The notes under the pieces: model-generated
What the model saw: the letters and a program-made list of their open reading frames with translations, nothing else
Database searches by the model: none
Told to the model about the DNA's origin: nothing
Shown here: piece by piece, positions 46,301-55,362 of the stretch
How positions within the stretch are numbered: the stretch's first letter is position 1
Layout of the letters: each line of letters begins with the position of its first letter
Position numbers and translations under genes: made by a program
Source of the DNA: a virus
Virus record (IMG/VR): IMGVR_UViG_3300017917_004576
Span: 32,001-96,000 of that record
Length of the DNA: 64,000 bases
Direction: 5' to 3' (one strand)

Positions 46301-48424
46301 ACACAATATCCCCCAGAAATATTAAAGACCACACATAGTATAGGATCATATGGGAACGGATCTAATTTTAGAAATAAAAATATACTTAATACAGTTCCAT
46401 CATATAATAATATTAAAAAACTTGATGATATATTAAATAATCATATTAATGATAAATTTAAAAAACCAAAAATTACTATTAATAATAATATTATAATTTC
46501 ATCGGAGTCTATTGGATATCCACATAAAATTATAGATATACCAGAAATAATGAATCAAAAAAATTATATAGTTCAAGAAACTAATTTAGATGATGCCATA
46601 AAAAATAAATTAGAGTATGTTTTTAACAATATTGAATCTACATATTCTCTATTTTATATTAAGAATAATCAACTTAAAAAAGAAAATATTCCATTAATTG
46701 GTAATATCAGTATAGAAGATGATTTGGAAATTAAAAAAACTATAACTCCAATAAATGGAGAGGGGCTAGGTCCAGACCAACCTATTGGACAAGAAATGTC
46801 AGATACAACATATAATTATCTTATAGCTAGGCTAAATATTTTAGAAGACCAACGAGAATATCCTAGTCTAGAACAGAGCATAGGGGTGGATAATCAAACT
46901 AATCAAATCTTAGAATCTAGAAACTTAAATTATATAAATAAGCACTTAGTAGCATTATCAAATTATAATATTCATAAAAAAAGAACGGAATATGCTTTAA
47001 GGGTACTTTATAAAGAAAAAGAAGACATATTAAGATTATTAAGCGAAATAAGTATCAAGCAAACAGCCGAAATTAATCTAATTAATAATAATACTATTAT
47101 TGGAGATATTATTTCTGAAGATACTAATAATATTGAAATAAAAATACAAGAAGAAATACAAAAAATAGAAAAAGATAATATTCTAAATATTAGAAGAGCT
47201 TTTACTAGAAACACATCGGGCATTAGAGGACAAGAAATAGCTAAAATCTCTTTAATAGCACCATTTGAATGGATGCGTAGTTTTAATGTTTATGATATCA
47301 ATTATGAGAAAAATAATGACGACTACTGGATCAACTTAGATCCACATCAATCTTGCAGCATAGCGGAAGAATTAAGACCCAAGGTGCTCAAAAAGATAGA
47401 ATATATATGTAGAGGAACACCATTTATACAAACTATCGCTGGCACACCATTATTACCAAGCAACAATATTTGTATAAGATTAAGAGGACAATCTATACAA
47501 AATAATATAGGGGATCATGTTACTTTCAAAAAAAGCAATAAAAACTCTGGTAGAGGACCATCTTATGAATCTTATATATATGAAATTAATGAAAATATTA
47601 TAAATTCTAAAAAAACTAATTTAGAGAATAAACTTAGACAACAAGGATTACCAATATATTGGAAAGAATGGATATCGAGAAGAGATTATCATATAAATGG
47701 TGATACAGAAAATCTCGATCTTGCTTATGATAATAAAGAAATACTCGTAACCGCTTTTGAAACATACGACATATTACTTACAGAAGTAGAAAATAATAAT
47801 GGTAAAGCTATTATAAAAACTACTTCGGATGGAGACGTGAATGAGTTTGGAAAAGAAGGTGGAATTCCAGCTCTCGCTAGTAGAGAATCGAGATCACCAA
47901 ACGGTTACGGCCTGCTAAGTCAAGGAATTAGGGTGGAACAATCTGTTAAAATCTATAATGTTTGTAATTTAGACAATATCAATAATTTAAAAGTTAAAAT
48001 TAGAAAATTACCACGACTAGTAAGAGGAATGGATATGCTATCTACCATATTTAGATATGGTATAGAGGTTCCGTACAGAGCATATCCTAGAAGATCTGCT
48101 CTTGAACCCTTAGATCCTTTCATAGTTGTTAGCGCCGGATCATTTAGTGGCGGAGTAAATGTTATTAATAACGATTTCCATTATTGGAAATGTATGGAAA
48201 TAGACAATACTACGAATACATTAATTCCATCTTCAACTCCATTATTTTTTCAATTAATGAATGAGATGATGTATAGGGCATTCTATGGATCTGTTGATGG
48301 TATAGAAATTAAAACCAATGACATGATTAGTCAATTTTTATGGGAATTAATTCCATATGAATTTTTTACCAAGCCTAAAATAATTTCAGAACCACCATTA
48401 GGAGACGATGCTGTGCAGCTCTAA
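40310..48424 (+). CDS. Very large tail-tip/central-fibre-like protein (2704 aa)
   Basis: PKD/Ig-like segment (CRWEQVSGP...PSQSGRYQIKCTIKTPYG), proprotein-convertase P-domain-like strands (TIQDLEVKLN...LTFSDNA...LCSWDLLL) and a Gly-rich hydrophobic helix. Confidence 0.5.
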   Translation: MNNCIVYNKSFLEDLIDFESSVKDAVLNFNAISSLITNTTHEDNIWTPLFVNIDNSREYCPYKLLSDLGYISGYDNNYNFLGIQDFLSLKNPRFNFWNVENGEMVADWVLNNPLSSHFPVKGLLLWFKKLPISLSSPSPIDTFPNNSRLLFNGRVFIKIDNETLYEVGDNTKISHRFTSNTIAFNYGDNNPYNNFVKINTLGGGTTPLFTITNNHSAENRSFQTTSTIYQESDIIINGGKYLLWVPNGDVYSYYTNLDESTRILEPKAFCPSSLYQAYNACYHRITLDNAKDFEKRQLNIARCYKNLAKYLATSPYIDEFSISRLSNKKIRDISNNYILDTNLQNALIKTVQYLESKSLIDDIKNTLNTNIIFNLHDLKLKIIQKYGLKLQLSNSSAIYSTQPLRHGANIVVNQVGAYLVDKNIKNTHVVANQNIKIGGLTVGTNFNEEESKVSFIGPPSPQTDVGLGQDGGGYARPRPLYAMNAYMPKIKNSRKNKINLVMEKTCNIPNHPENINPSSENSPFNVLFKFGRSIKFFTDLIKFNVVTDDFELDTYRYAEDPSAPSEIIAKDYIQCRWEQVSGPPIFFIDHIKMYISPNSGPAIVVSNGRFTDLSGYDISTDVFIGSTEAYVWPSQSGRYQIKCTIKTPYGTFVKIKTFYVTAPVIADWRAAGTNENAIPRDPDPEEIFVPEPSDEFYIKQKESLPIYLNQDNLRVIVPKFNKIALNANGLCWPVDTNLYIKKIKHRPQLLVNLPMFQFMFDNKGSSDPSTLLLEYNLNNIKYRLDKIVLENTRINNDPKCADCFSFYLPQLYSNGNVWNRIKGSAGGTEVAFSLVGISKADGLEQIFRYYTLPSISTDYSPPIKSYGGYDQNIINTLDISTIPDHIGPGQTFSAITGRPLYYSADKPGEEAPFGKKKYCFEDYLPESTSSYLSFNKGVFHPQSGWIPHDSIHYNSVRNTSSVLKFNPGARDSFSFTGPSITNLNNEGYIVENNIVYILPKICKSTINLGVIPDAQFLPYTQPCNINITPCRPDVPPEWEWLNQLHRDTTDQYPNSTPGINDAHGYRVLGGGVPKRIERRINSNSNPVMDEFNFTSDTMNNSFNYLFTQSGPAYPISPIPNEVNNFFRILTTPRDNIDPETGDISSGLPQPNCLKPDGSKPEGGYYKGVPDPTGEWKGIRNPRVLDFTIQDLEVKLNFLNYVNTKDIAISLALSPCTDEYARICDAKCKDPPRFPLESAIKPEANTFIDQTVGTTVDGPYRLLGNGYTKFNNWTPRAGDGNINFKNSLSFIPLGNDDFDDYLRILTIMNTVYDPIKIENEAFEDVLKPQVLYLLNQEYIQNHSMNLSLTFSDNANKYSVLYDKSFATKGSGVGSISQSSLRYGAGDAVFNEIDVDNQTAPPYNNQYIIGNNDSIKPTTSSIYYSDRQAAIYQNIMTTNKINIVNNSFAKYRAKPLFHNSSCIGVNVPVGRPRYDSQTSFSLNITVYDESDDMFPLNNNVGSMMFTNAYDFAGKINTSQFDNALCSWDLLLHVNNIIKPTMPNLSSCHTYGNNEALALIDYSNKPKYAGYSFIANLKNHKHLLPFSNINAPNIFFYDYSLCQSAKLDQLGSPTPGYLVDFPTNAILNIMTIIAGMAGMSGAGLVGIGAGIAGSGPGLDSAYGALVAYFSSIRAAEYQQDISHDIFHQDYSRYPFGSPEKILINFSKDGVFWYKAEASIFKYINTPVLSQKQYTYIKLNKNSFPILSRFTFDFVTDIRDLIDDKYIKPLSLPCSSAASLVGPITYNNTSYNSYDLVDVSFSIDDESNATESCQNGIYSVTDNQWTLLTGNPLLINSNLDYISDNNILFNNQDIYRTNNIFSNFTVNATDNQIIILNGKIPYEIFSLNDNVDVSGNNLEPDPIIEEPIGPETTPGLPTEDNTPQPILQRATGPTYTRKVIAKALIYKDHKPYSVLKMDRSMLGVDFISPQDNVVVVFDLSSSFDNKESPLNQYAFEKDSIDTQYPPEILKTTHSIGSYGNGSNFRNKNILNTVPSYNNIKKLDDILNNHINDKFKKPKITINNNIIISSESIGYPHKIIDIPEIMNQKNYIVQETNLDDAIKNKLEYVFNNIESTYSLFYIKNNQLKKENIPLIGNISIEDDLEIKKTITPINGEGLGPDQPIGQEMSDTTYNYLIARLNILEDQREYPSLEQSIGVDNQTNQILESRNLNYINKHLVALSNYNIHKKRTEYALRVLYKEKEDILRLLSEISIKQTAEINLINNNTIIGDIISEDTNNIEIKIQEEIQKIEKDNILNIRRAFTRNTSGIRGQEIAKISLIAPFEWMRSFNVYDINYEKNNDDYWINLDPHQSCSIAEELRPKVLKKIEYICRGTPFIQTIAGTPLLPSNNICIRLRGQSIQNNIGDHVTFKKSNKNSGRGPSYESYIYEINENIINSKKTNLENKLRQQGLPIYWKEWISRRDYHINGDTENLDLAYDNKEILVTAFETYDILLTEVENNNGKAIIKTTSDGDVNEFGKEGGIPALASRESRSPNGYGLLSQGIRVEQSVKIYNVCNLDNINNLKVKIRKLPRLVRGMDMLSTIFRYGIEVPYRAYPRRSALEPLDPFIVVSAGSFSGGVNVINNDFHYWKCMEIDNTTNTLIPSSTPLFFQLMNEMMYRAFYGSVDGIEIKTNDMISQFLWELIPYEFFTKPKIISEPPLGDDAVQL

Positions 48425-48428
48425 TTAA

Positions 48429-48791
48429 ATGTTTTGTAATTTCATATTAAAAAATAACAATATATATAAATGCAGTAAATGCGGTATAGAGATTTCGACA
48501 AATGATGGAGATGCTCCGATATTTCCATGTTCCTCAATAGATATCGATTCTGATCAACCAGACTTCATTAAGGAACTAAGGGACTTGTCTACAGACATAT
48601 TGGATAAAACAATAAATAATGAAGATATTGCTTCTGATGATGAAATAGAAAGACGTTTTAAAATTTGCGAAAGCTGTGAATTTTTTAAGCACTCAATATG
48701 CTCACAGTGCGGATGTCCAGTAAATAGAACACGTAATTATATTAATAAATTAAGCTTGGTCAACGAGCAATGTCCGATGAATCGATGGTAA
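48429..48791 (+). CDS. Cys-rich small protein (DUF6171-like C-terminus)
   Basis: N-terminal C...CSKCG...C and C-terminal RRFKICESCEFF...CSQCGCPV...K....EQCPMNRW. Confidence 0.6.
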   Translation: MFCNFILKNNNIYKCSKCGIEISTNDGDAPIFPCSSIDIDSDQPDFIKELRDLSTDILDKTINNEDIASDDEIERRFKICESCEFFKHSICSQCGCPVNRTRNYINKLSLVNEQCPMNRW

Positions 48792-49115
48792 TTATTCTTT
48801 ATCTTTAGTCCACTTGTGCCATCCACTATGTGGAAGATAGTTTCCATTATCATCTTTACGTTTTGGAAATAATGTTCCGCCCTTTTTGTGCTGACCAAAT
48901 GCTAAGACAGCACCACAATCAGAACATCTCAATTCATAGTAATCGTTTCCATCAACATTTCTAACAACAAACTTAATATTGGTGCTACCACACATACCAC
49001 ATTTGGCTTCTCCAAAAATTTCTTGGATTAGAGCAAGCTCTTTAAATATTTCTTTTTGCCCGCTGCCTTCTAATTCAAATTGTAATTTATCATTAGCTTT
49101 GTATAGTACTTTCAT
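48792..49115 (-). CDS. Zinc-ribbon hypothetical protein
   Basis: CGMCGS...YELRCSDCGA (two CxxC) with a basic C-terminus. Confidence 0.6.
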   Translation of the reverse strand: MKVLYKANDKLQFELEGSGQKEIFKELALIQEIFGEAKCGMCGSTNIKFVVRNVDGNDYYELRCSDCGAVLAFGQHKKGGTLFPKRKDDNGNYLPHSGWHKWTKDKE

Positions 49116-49118
49116 AAA

Positions 49119-49847
49119 TTATTTCCATTCGTTAGAGTAGCCTAAAATATCTTGTGGTATACTATCAATATTTTGTTGGTATTTTGATAATAATCTTATT
49201 ATATCAACCGCACTCTCATGTGTCAAACTATAAATATTCTTAGTTTCCATATTATTTTGTTCTAATAATTTGATAACATTAATATTTAATCTCTGAGCCA
49301 AAACGTCTATAAAATTAATTTGTTGGTTACTAATCTTATTTACTGTATCATGATCAGGATGGTCTTCTATATCTTTTGATAATTCTTCGGCCGCTACTAC
49401 TTTGCGTAGTCTTAACGCTCTTCTTAGGGCTCTTCCTTCTGCCCTAGTTTCCGCAACAGCAACGGGATGATTACGGTATACTTTATCGCAGTTGCCCCAG
49501 TAAACGTCCGCAGAGCCATCCACAGACACAATATTTAAACCGTTTAAGTCCTGAACAGCTGGATTTAAACAGTAAGATAGGGAATGTATGACCGTTGCTC
49601 TTTTTTCATTTTCTGGACTAGGAGACTGAACAACCGAACTTGTTGACGATATTAATCTGCAATTTAGGACGGTTTCAAAAATACGTCTTAAACCATCCGT
49701 TGTTGGATTACCAGCAATCTTCTCGTCGTCTGATAAAAGTCCAAGAACATAGTCTGTCCAATCTAAGTCAGCAATAGTTGGAATTTTCTTTTCAACGATA
49801 TTATCTTCGGTATTCTCAATTGTTTCGTTCTTATCTTTTTTAGCCAT
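49119..49847 (-). CDS. Putative single-strand annealing protein (Rad52/Sak-like)
   Basis: Core ...VSVDGSADV...HPVAVAETRAEGRALRRALRL...AEEL. The C-terminal helical module ISNQQINFI...LTHESAVDII resembles SSAP tails. Confidence 0.55.
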   Translation of the reverse strand: MAKKDKNETIENTEDNIVEKKIPTIADLDWTDYVLGLLSDDEKIAGNPTTDGLRRIFETVLNCRLISSTSSVVQSPSPENEKRATVIHSLSYCLNPAVQDLNGLNIVSVDGSADVYWGNCDKVYRNHPVAVAETRAEGRALRRALRLRKVVAAEELSKDIEDHPDHDTVNKISNQQINFIDVLAQRLNINVIKLLEQNNMETKNIYSLTHESAVDIIRLLSKYQQNIDSIPQDILGYSNEWK

Positions 49848-50652
49848 TGGTATCCTTTATAGTAAATTTCTGTTGCCCAGAAATAAGGTTAGAGTGATTT
49901 GTTTTTATAATTTGAAGTATTTGATCATAAATTAAGAAGGCGCGAGCATCAGAATAATCTTTGGTTTGTATGATCCTCAATAAATTCCATCCTTTACCAA
50001 TTATTAGTCCTTCTTTTTTATTATCGTAATTTTTATTTCTTTTTAATGATTCTTGACCCCAAACAGGGGTAAAGTGAGATGGACCATCGACCTCTATCGC
50101 TAGATTTATACTAGGAACGAACAGATCAATCTGCAACCTCGTATTCACCAGAGTTTGTTCTTTATGAAATTCTACTTTGTATCCGTCATTTAATAGTCTT
50201 TTATGTAGATATTTTTCTAGTTTTGATCCTACCTTACTTGTGGCTCTGACCGCGGTATTAGCAGATTTAAGAATGTTCTCTTTTGTATTATCGTCTAAAT
50301 TTTCCCAATTTTGTTTAGCTTGAAGTTTTCTTTTTTGTATTTCATCATCTTCTAGATTTTCCCATGCATTTAATACGCCCATACCTATCTTTTGTTTTGT
50401 ATCTTGAGATCTTTCTTTCCCTTTTGTTGGATGCGAATGCTTACCAGTTTTTAGAGCATTTTTTTGAGCTTCGCTCTTATCTCGTATTTTAATATTTAAT
50501 TTTTTAGCATCTCTCCTTATTCTATTAGCGTATGTGTCATACATAACAGCTATATCTGCAAAACTTTTACCTTGTTCAGAATATAGAGATAGAATTAGAT
50601 CTTTTTTGTCTTGGTCAGACAAATTATCGTAAGATGTGTTGTATTTTTTCAT
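49840..50652 (-). CDS. DUF559/Vsr-like endonuclease with HTH and NUMOD3-like repeats (putative free-standing homing endonuclease)
   Basis: HTH (SFADIAVMYDTYANRIRR), basic repeat KGKERSQDTKQKIG, nuclease motifs SKLE...QIDLFVPSINLAIEVDGPSHF...GWNLLRI. Confidence 0.7.
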   Translation of the reverse strand: MKKYNTSYDNLSDQDKKDLILSLYSEQGKSFADIAVMYDTYANRIRRDAKKLNIKIRDKSEAQKNALKTGKHSHPTKGKERSQDTKQKIGMGVLNAWENLEDDEIQKRKLQAKQNWENLDDNTKENILKSANTAVRATSKVGSKLEKYLHKRLLNDGYKVEFHKEQTLVNTRLQIDLFVPSINLAIEVDGPSHFTPVWGQESLKRNKNYDNKKEGLIIGKGWNLLRIIQTKDYSDARAFLIYDQILQIIKTNHSNLISGQQKFTIKDTNG

Positions 50653-51082
50653 AATTAAAACTCTCCATAATATCTAATGGTTTTCTCCAAGACATATCAT
50701 ATATATCATATATATATTGGTTAGAAGCTATAAAATCTATATCATTGTAGATATCTTTCCATTCATTGTATAGATTATTTCTATTTTTAATCCATGGTAT
50801 ATCATTACAGTATAATATCTTTTTATTAATATTTGGAAATTTTTTCGATATAATAAGACTAACCAAATCGAATGTCCATAAATCGCCTTTAAAAAACTTA
50901 GCATGGGAAAGATGTAATATTGGTATATTATAGGTTAATACTTTATCGCAATTACTATTGAATATTACAATATTATAATAGGGATTATTATCTATTAAAA
51001 GTTTAATATTTTTTAGAATATTATCATAATATTCATTATTTTCTATGCTAATGATCATAAAGCCTATGCTTTTTTTATTCAC
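50624..51082 (-). CDS. Hypothetical protein, possible glycosyltransferase-fold fragment
   Basis: 152 aa in the GT cluster; KKILYCNDIPW...DFIASNQYI resembles the end of a GT-B N-terminal domain. Confidence 0.4.
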   Translation of the reverse strand: MNKKSIGFMIISIENNEYYDNILKNIKLLIDNNPYYNIVIFNSNCDKVLTYNIPILHLSHAKFFKGDLWTFDLVSLIISKKFPNINKKILYCNDIPWIKNRNNLYNEWKDIYNDIDFIASNQYIYDIYDMSWRKPLDIMESFNYEKIQHILR

Positions 51083-51788
51083 GGAATAGTACCTTTAAAA
51101 AATTAGAATACGACTGAAAACTTTTACTATTTTTATAAGTTGTGGGCTGTAAGGTTTCAAGATCATCTTTGGACAAAACTAAACACTGGCTCGCCCACGC
51201 TTCTGGAACATAATCATCATTTATTGCTAAATAGTATTTAGACTGTCGCAGTAATAAGGCTTTATCATTTTCGGAGACGAGTCCTAAATTTTGAGGATGA
51301 ATAATAGCATTATTATTGAATAATTTAATAGGTAGTTTACTTGTTGGATATAAAAAATTATTTAGCCAATTTGGCAACGAGTCGATACCGTCTAGAAAAG
51401 ATATAATATGATTATTCTTTAATGTTTGATCTGGAGAAGAAAAAAACAGCTCATTGTTAACTAATTTAGGAATACTAATTGTATCATAATCAGATGGATT
51501 TTTATCTTTTTGCAAAATCTTTTTAATATTTAAGTTTTTTCTTAATTGAATATTATTATCATTATATACGAATATGTTTATATTTTTACCAAAATCATCT
51601 ATAAATTGATATTCTTCCTGTTCCATAATTGACGCTATGAAAATTACATGACTAAAATTATAAGTATAATATAGTTTATATAGATTATTCTTAGTTTCTG
51701 TAACTATCTTATTACAAAAATCAGTGCTAGATAAACCTATATTATTAATAAATTTAATGTTTTTATACTGTACTAATAAATTATTCAT
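51075..51788 (-). CDS. Degenerate GT-B glycosyltransferase-like protein
   Basis: NLGLVSENDKALLLRQSKYYL...YVPEAWASQCLVL resembles the GT4/Glyco_trans_1 C-terminal donor-binding motif. Confidence 0.45.
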   Translation of the reverse strand: MNNLLVQYKNIKFINNIGLSSTDFCNKIVTETKNNLYKLYYTYNFSHVIFIASIMEQEEYQFIDDFGKNINIFVYNDNNIQLRKNLNIKKILQKDKNPSDYDTISIPKLVNNELFFSSPDQTLKNNHIISFLDGIDSLPNWLNNFLYPTSKLPIKLFNNNAIIHPQNLGLVSENDKALLLRQSKYYLAINDDYVPEAWASQCLVLSKDDLETLQPTTYKNSKSFQSYSNFLKVLFRE

Positions 51789-52453
51789 ATAAATATCCTG
51801 GCGCTTGTAATATCTTTAGCATTATTTATTTTCATTATGTTATTTTTGTTAATATAAATTTTCTTAAACACAATATTTTTTTGTAGTAAAAAGTTGATAG
51901 CCTCAAACAGATACATTTGTTTAAACATAGAACTATCGCATGACAAGAAGGTGTCTATGGCCAAATTATTAAAATAGACTATCTCCGACCACGACTGTTC
52001 CATATCAAAAAAAAGATATTCGAGATTTGTAGATAATGATGATCCTATTGTAAAATTTTTTTTAGGCTTGTTAAGCATAAATATTTTTGACTCATTATTT
52101 AGAAAGCTTTTATCTATAATTTTGTCTTTAATCAGTATTCCACTGTTGATTACTAACAAATTTTTTGGTCTATACTTATTAATATAAGTTATAAGATTTT
52201 GTGCTTGATTAGTATGCTCATATTCGTTATTAATTAAAAAATTAATATTTTTATATCTATAAAGCTTACTAATAATCTTGTCATAATCAAAACCTATATT
52301 AATTGTTATATTAGATATTTTATTTATTTTTTGAGCCTGACTAATTTGGTATTCCAAAACACTCATATTCTTTTTTAGATTAAGTAAACACTTTGATCCT
52401 ATAGATTTCATTCCTTTCGTTATTTCTGGAGTTATTATTAGTATATCAATCAT
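51785..52453 (-). CDS. Sugar/choline-phosphate nucleotidyltransferase-like protein (GT-A/NTP_transferase fold), possibly degenerate
   Basis: DILIIT...TKGMKSIGSKCLLNL...VLEYQI, NNEYEHTNQ, LLVINSGIL, MYLFEAIN and MKINNAKDI resemble LicC/GlmU-type enzymes, but the LAAG motif is absent. ATG at 52453 is the likely start. Confidence 0.6.
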   Translation of the reverse strand: MIDILIITPEITKGMKSIGSKCLLNLKKNMSVLEYQISQAQKINKISNITINIGFDYDKIISKLYRYKNINFLINNEYEHTNQAQNLITYINKYRPKNLLVINSGILIKDKIIDKSFLNNESKIFMLNKPKKNFTIGSSLSTNLEYLFFDMEQSWSEIVYFNNLAIDTFLSCDSSMFKQMYLFEAINFLLQKNIVFKKIYINKNNIMKINNAKDITSARIFI

Positions 52454-53168
52454 AATAATCAAATAATATATTCGTATTTTGTTCTATAGTATAGTCTATA
52501 TTTTTTGAGAAAAGCTTATAGTTATCTGTGCCTATAAAAACGCCATCAATATTTGAATCTATATTAGAACATTTATAATAATGAATAGATTTTTGTTCCA
52601 CATTCACCAAATAATTGATTTCTTGTATGCTATCGTTCTTAACAACATGATCTAATCCTGCTTCTGTTAGAATCCACAACACATTTTGGATATTTTTCTT
52701 ATTTGTTTCCAGTGCAATGTGAAGAGCTTGTGGTCCAGGAATATCTTCTAAAAATTTATGGATCTTATATTTAATACCAAGATTGTTGATTTTTTTTGTT
52801 AAATTTTCGGTATTGTTATAACAGACTATGGTTATATAGTATGGCTTAATAGATAGATTATTTAAGTTGTTTATCAGCAGATCAATATCTGGAGATTTGT
52901 CTAGAATAACTGCGATGGAGTAGCGAATTGTGTTTTGTTGTTTAATATATTCTATAAGATCCACAGAATGAAATTTATCAATATTTTCTTTGTATATTTT
53001 ATTACTTATTCCATATCTGCACTGATAGTTTTCTATAATATTAAATTCATTATCAATACGTATATTGTGAATATCTTTTATTATTGTTGGAATATCAAAA
53101 AAACACGCTTTATCGTCTGATGTTGTTTTTTTAGCGAAATAACAGTCTTGACATAGTGTATTTCTCAT
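52446..53168 (-). CDS. Hypothetical protein (Cys-rich N-terminus, possible GT-A-like remainder)
   Basis: TLCQDCYFA...C...C at the N-terminus followed by an alpha/beta pattern; lies within the GT cluster. Confidence 0.4.
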   Translation of the reverse strand: MRNTLCQDCYFAKKTTSDDKACFFDIPTIIKDIHNIRIDNEFNIIENYQCRYGISNKIYKENIDKFHSVDLIEYIKQQNTIRYSIAVILDKSPDIDLLINNLNNLSIKPYYITIVCYNNTENLTKKINNLGIKYKIHKFLEDIPGPQALHIALETNKKNIQNVLWILTEAGLDHVVKNDSIQEINYLVNVEQKSIHYYKCSNIDSNIDGVFIGTDNYKLFSKNIDYTIEQNTNILFDYYD

Positions 53169-53569
53169 AACTGTTTTCTCTCTAAGAATAGTGTTGTAAA
53201 ATATTCTTCTTGATTTATATGTATAATATCGAAAGTATTAAAGTCTATAAATGTATAAAGACTATCTATAGACAGTAAGCTTTGTTTATTCTGAAAAAAG
53301 GTTAAGAAATCTTGATATGACATACTTCCAGCCATAAAATTTTTAGTGATACTGGTAACATTATTAATTGTAATAATGAGTTTTCCAAGAGGTTTTAGCT
53401 TAGATAATAATATATTAATAACCTGTCCATGGGCATTCTCTGGTAAGAATTCTAAACACGCAACTTTAATACTATCGCAAGAATAGTTAATTATTGATGC
53501 AAGATCATTTATGTGAATAGTGTTTTTATCAGAAGGTTCTGTGATGGATATGTTGATATTACGGCTCAT
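53165..53569 (-). CDS. Degenerate class I SAM methyltransferase-like protein
   Basis: SCDSIKVACLEFL...ILLSKLKPLGKLIITIN resembles Methyltransf_11 motifs (D.I....LEH...LKPGG.L.I). No GxG motif I. Confidence 0.4.
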   Translation of the reverse strand: MSRNINISITEPSDKNTIHINDLASIINYSCDSIKVACLEFLPENAHGQVINILLSKLKPLGKLIITINNVTSITKNFMAGSMSYQDFLTFFQNKQSLLSIDSLYTFIDFNTFDIIHINQEEYFTTLFLERKQL

Positions 53570-54410
53570 AAATATATACTCTTTTAAAGACTTGATTAAA
53601 AACTTGATTTATATTATGTTGCATATTTTTTATATTTATATATGTATTAGAATAAGATTGTATTTCTTTTGGTAAAGAATAGTTTTCTAGTATGGATTTT
53701 ATTTGCTCGTTTATATTTTTATTGTTGATATTTTTTATTAGAGGATTATAAAACTCTTGAGATAATGGAATATTTGTTAAAACAAAACAATTTAAAGCAG
53801 AACTAAGGATAGCGTCGTATTGACCTTGTGTTACAATACATATTTTATATTTAGATATTATATTTAATATATCTTCATAAGAACTAATATCGTTTTTATT
53901 TAATATGTCACAACTATTTGCTAATGTTTTGATATAGTTATATAGCTCTATATTGACATTACTATGATCAATATTTAATATTAAAATGTCTTTATCTTTT
54001 GTCATATCAATATTCTCTGGTAGGCCATATTGTAGAATATGACAATTATTGTCCATGTTCCATAACTCTTTAATAGTTTTACTAAAAAATATTCTATGAC
54101 TATTTCTTAGTTTTCTATCTAGGATATATTTATCTTCTTTTTTAATTATATTTGATGGTGGATCATGGAATACCAGAACACTATTTACATTATATTCTAA
54201 AGACAGCTTTTCTATGTTTTGAGAATAAAACAAAGGATCGTCGGATAAGATAGCTGAAAAAGGTTGAGATGGTTCGGTAATGATATTATAATCAGAATTA
54301 ACATTTAACATATAAAAAAATATGTTCTTTTTACCAATATAGTATATGGTTTTATTATCTAGTAAATTATTAATAATGTTTGAACAGGCTAAATTATTTA
54401 ACATAGGCAT
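53559..54410 (-). CDS. GT-B glycosyltransferase-like protein
   Basis: LVFHD, IFFSKTIKELW, ILQYGL and SYEDILNIISKYKICI...SALNCFVLTN match a GT-B pattern; the catalytic EGFG-type motif is degenerate. Confidence 0.5.
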   Translation of the reverse strand: MPMLNNLACSNIINNLLDNKTIYYIGKKNIFFYMLNVNSDYNIITEPSQPFSAILSDDPLFYSQNIEKLSLEYNVNSVLVFHDPPSNIIKKEDKYILDRKLRNSHRIFFSKTIKELWNMDNNCHILQYGLPENIDMTKDKDILILNIDHSNVNIELYNYIKTLANSCDILNKNDISSYEDILNIISKYKICIVTQGQYDAILSSALNCFVLTNIPLSQEFYNPLIKNINNKNINEQIKSILENYSLPKEIQSYSNTYINIKNMQHNINQVFNQVFKRVYIYEP

Positions 54411-55362
54411 CTATAATTTCGCTAAGATTGTTTTTTAAACTGGGATATTTTTTCTCAGATAAAAGGTCGATATCTTGTGTATTTTTTAATTTACCATATT
54501 TATGCAGATCGTTTTGATCCCATTGTATAGTAACATTAGATGTATTTAATACAATATGTTTACCATATTCTTTAGCAAGCATAAGATGAAGATCATTGTC
54601 TTTGTGTATATAGATATCACCAGTATTATGTATTGATCTGATGGACGTTTCGTTTAACAATGTGGGAACAATTATAACTTTCGAAATAGTATTATTGATT
54701 TCAAATTTTTTATACACGCTCTTTATATATTCATTGCATTTATTGAGCATTTCCTGATCAATATCTTGTATAAATAATACCAAACAATTATTTTCTTGAT
54801 TAAGTTTAATAAAATCTACAATTATTTTTTTTGTATCATAATCTATATTGGATTGAATTATGGTATAATATTTTTTATATCTATTATAGATACCTAAATT
54901 AAATATATTATTTGTTGGAGATAATAATTTATTATTAATATTGTTATTAAGAAATAAACCATTATCAATATTAAGATATTCTAATAATTTTTTATGAATA
55001 TTATTACTATATAATAGCAATCCCCTATTACTTAGAAATATATATTTTTGTGATATACTATCATCAGGAATAATATCTTTATAATTAGGAAAAAAGATAT
55101 GATATGGTATCTTAGAATTATAAGAAATAGTATTGATCTCTGTGTTTTGTATTAATAGATCAAAAGATTTAGACTGATGATTTTCCATTGACAGAATTGT
55201 ATCATTTAATTTGCTGGCTAGATTATTAACTCTATTTGATATAAATATGGGTCTAGCTGTCACAGTATATTGTTTCAGATCCTTTAAATTCAATAATAGA
55301 TTCAAAGACAAATAACCATCGATACTTAATGATCTATAAGGACCTATATATAGAATATTCAT
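54394..55362 (-). CDS. GT4-like glycosyltransferase (degenerate)
   Basis: MNILYIGPYR...GY start, YYTI, IHNTGDIYI and LAKEYGKHIV resemble GT4 architecture without an intact EG(F/W)G motif. Confidence 0.5.
   Translation of the reverse strand: MNILYIGPYRSLSIDGYLSLNLLLNLKDLKQYTVTARPIFISNRVNNLASKLNDTILSMENHQSKSFDLLIQNTEINTISYNSKIPYHIFFPNYKDIIPDDSISQKYIFLSNRGLLLYSNNIHKKLLEYLNIDNGLFLNNNINNKLLSPTNNIFNLGIYNRYKKYYTIIQSNIDYDTKKIIVDFIKLNQENNCLVLFIQDIDQEMLNKCNEYIKSVYKKFEINNTISKVIIVPTLLNETSIRSIHNTGDIYIHKDNDLHLMLAKEYGKHIVLNTSNVTIQWDQNDLHKYGKLKNTQDIDLLSEKKYPSLKNNLSEIIDAYVK

Noticed and set aside
813-47223. Numerous short antisense or alternate-frame ORFs in the ORF track (e.g. 5123-5359, 19097-19696, 22341-22766, 56254-56532)
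   Set aside because: They lie entirely within long, motif-supported genes and have no recognisable motifs or RBS; they are shadow ORFs.
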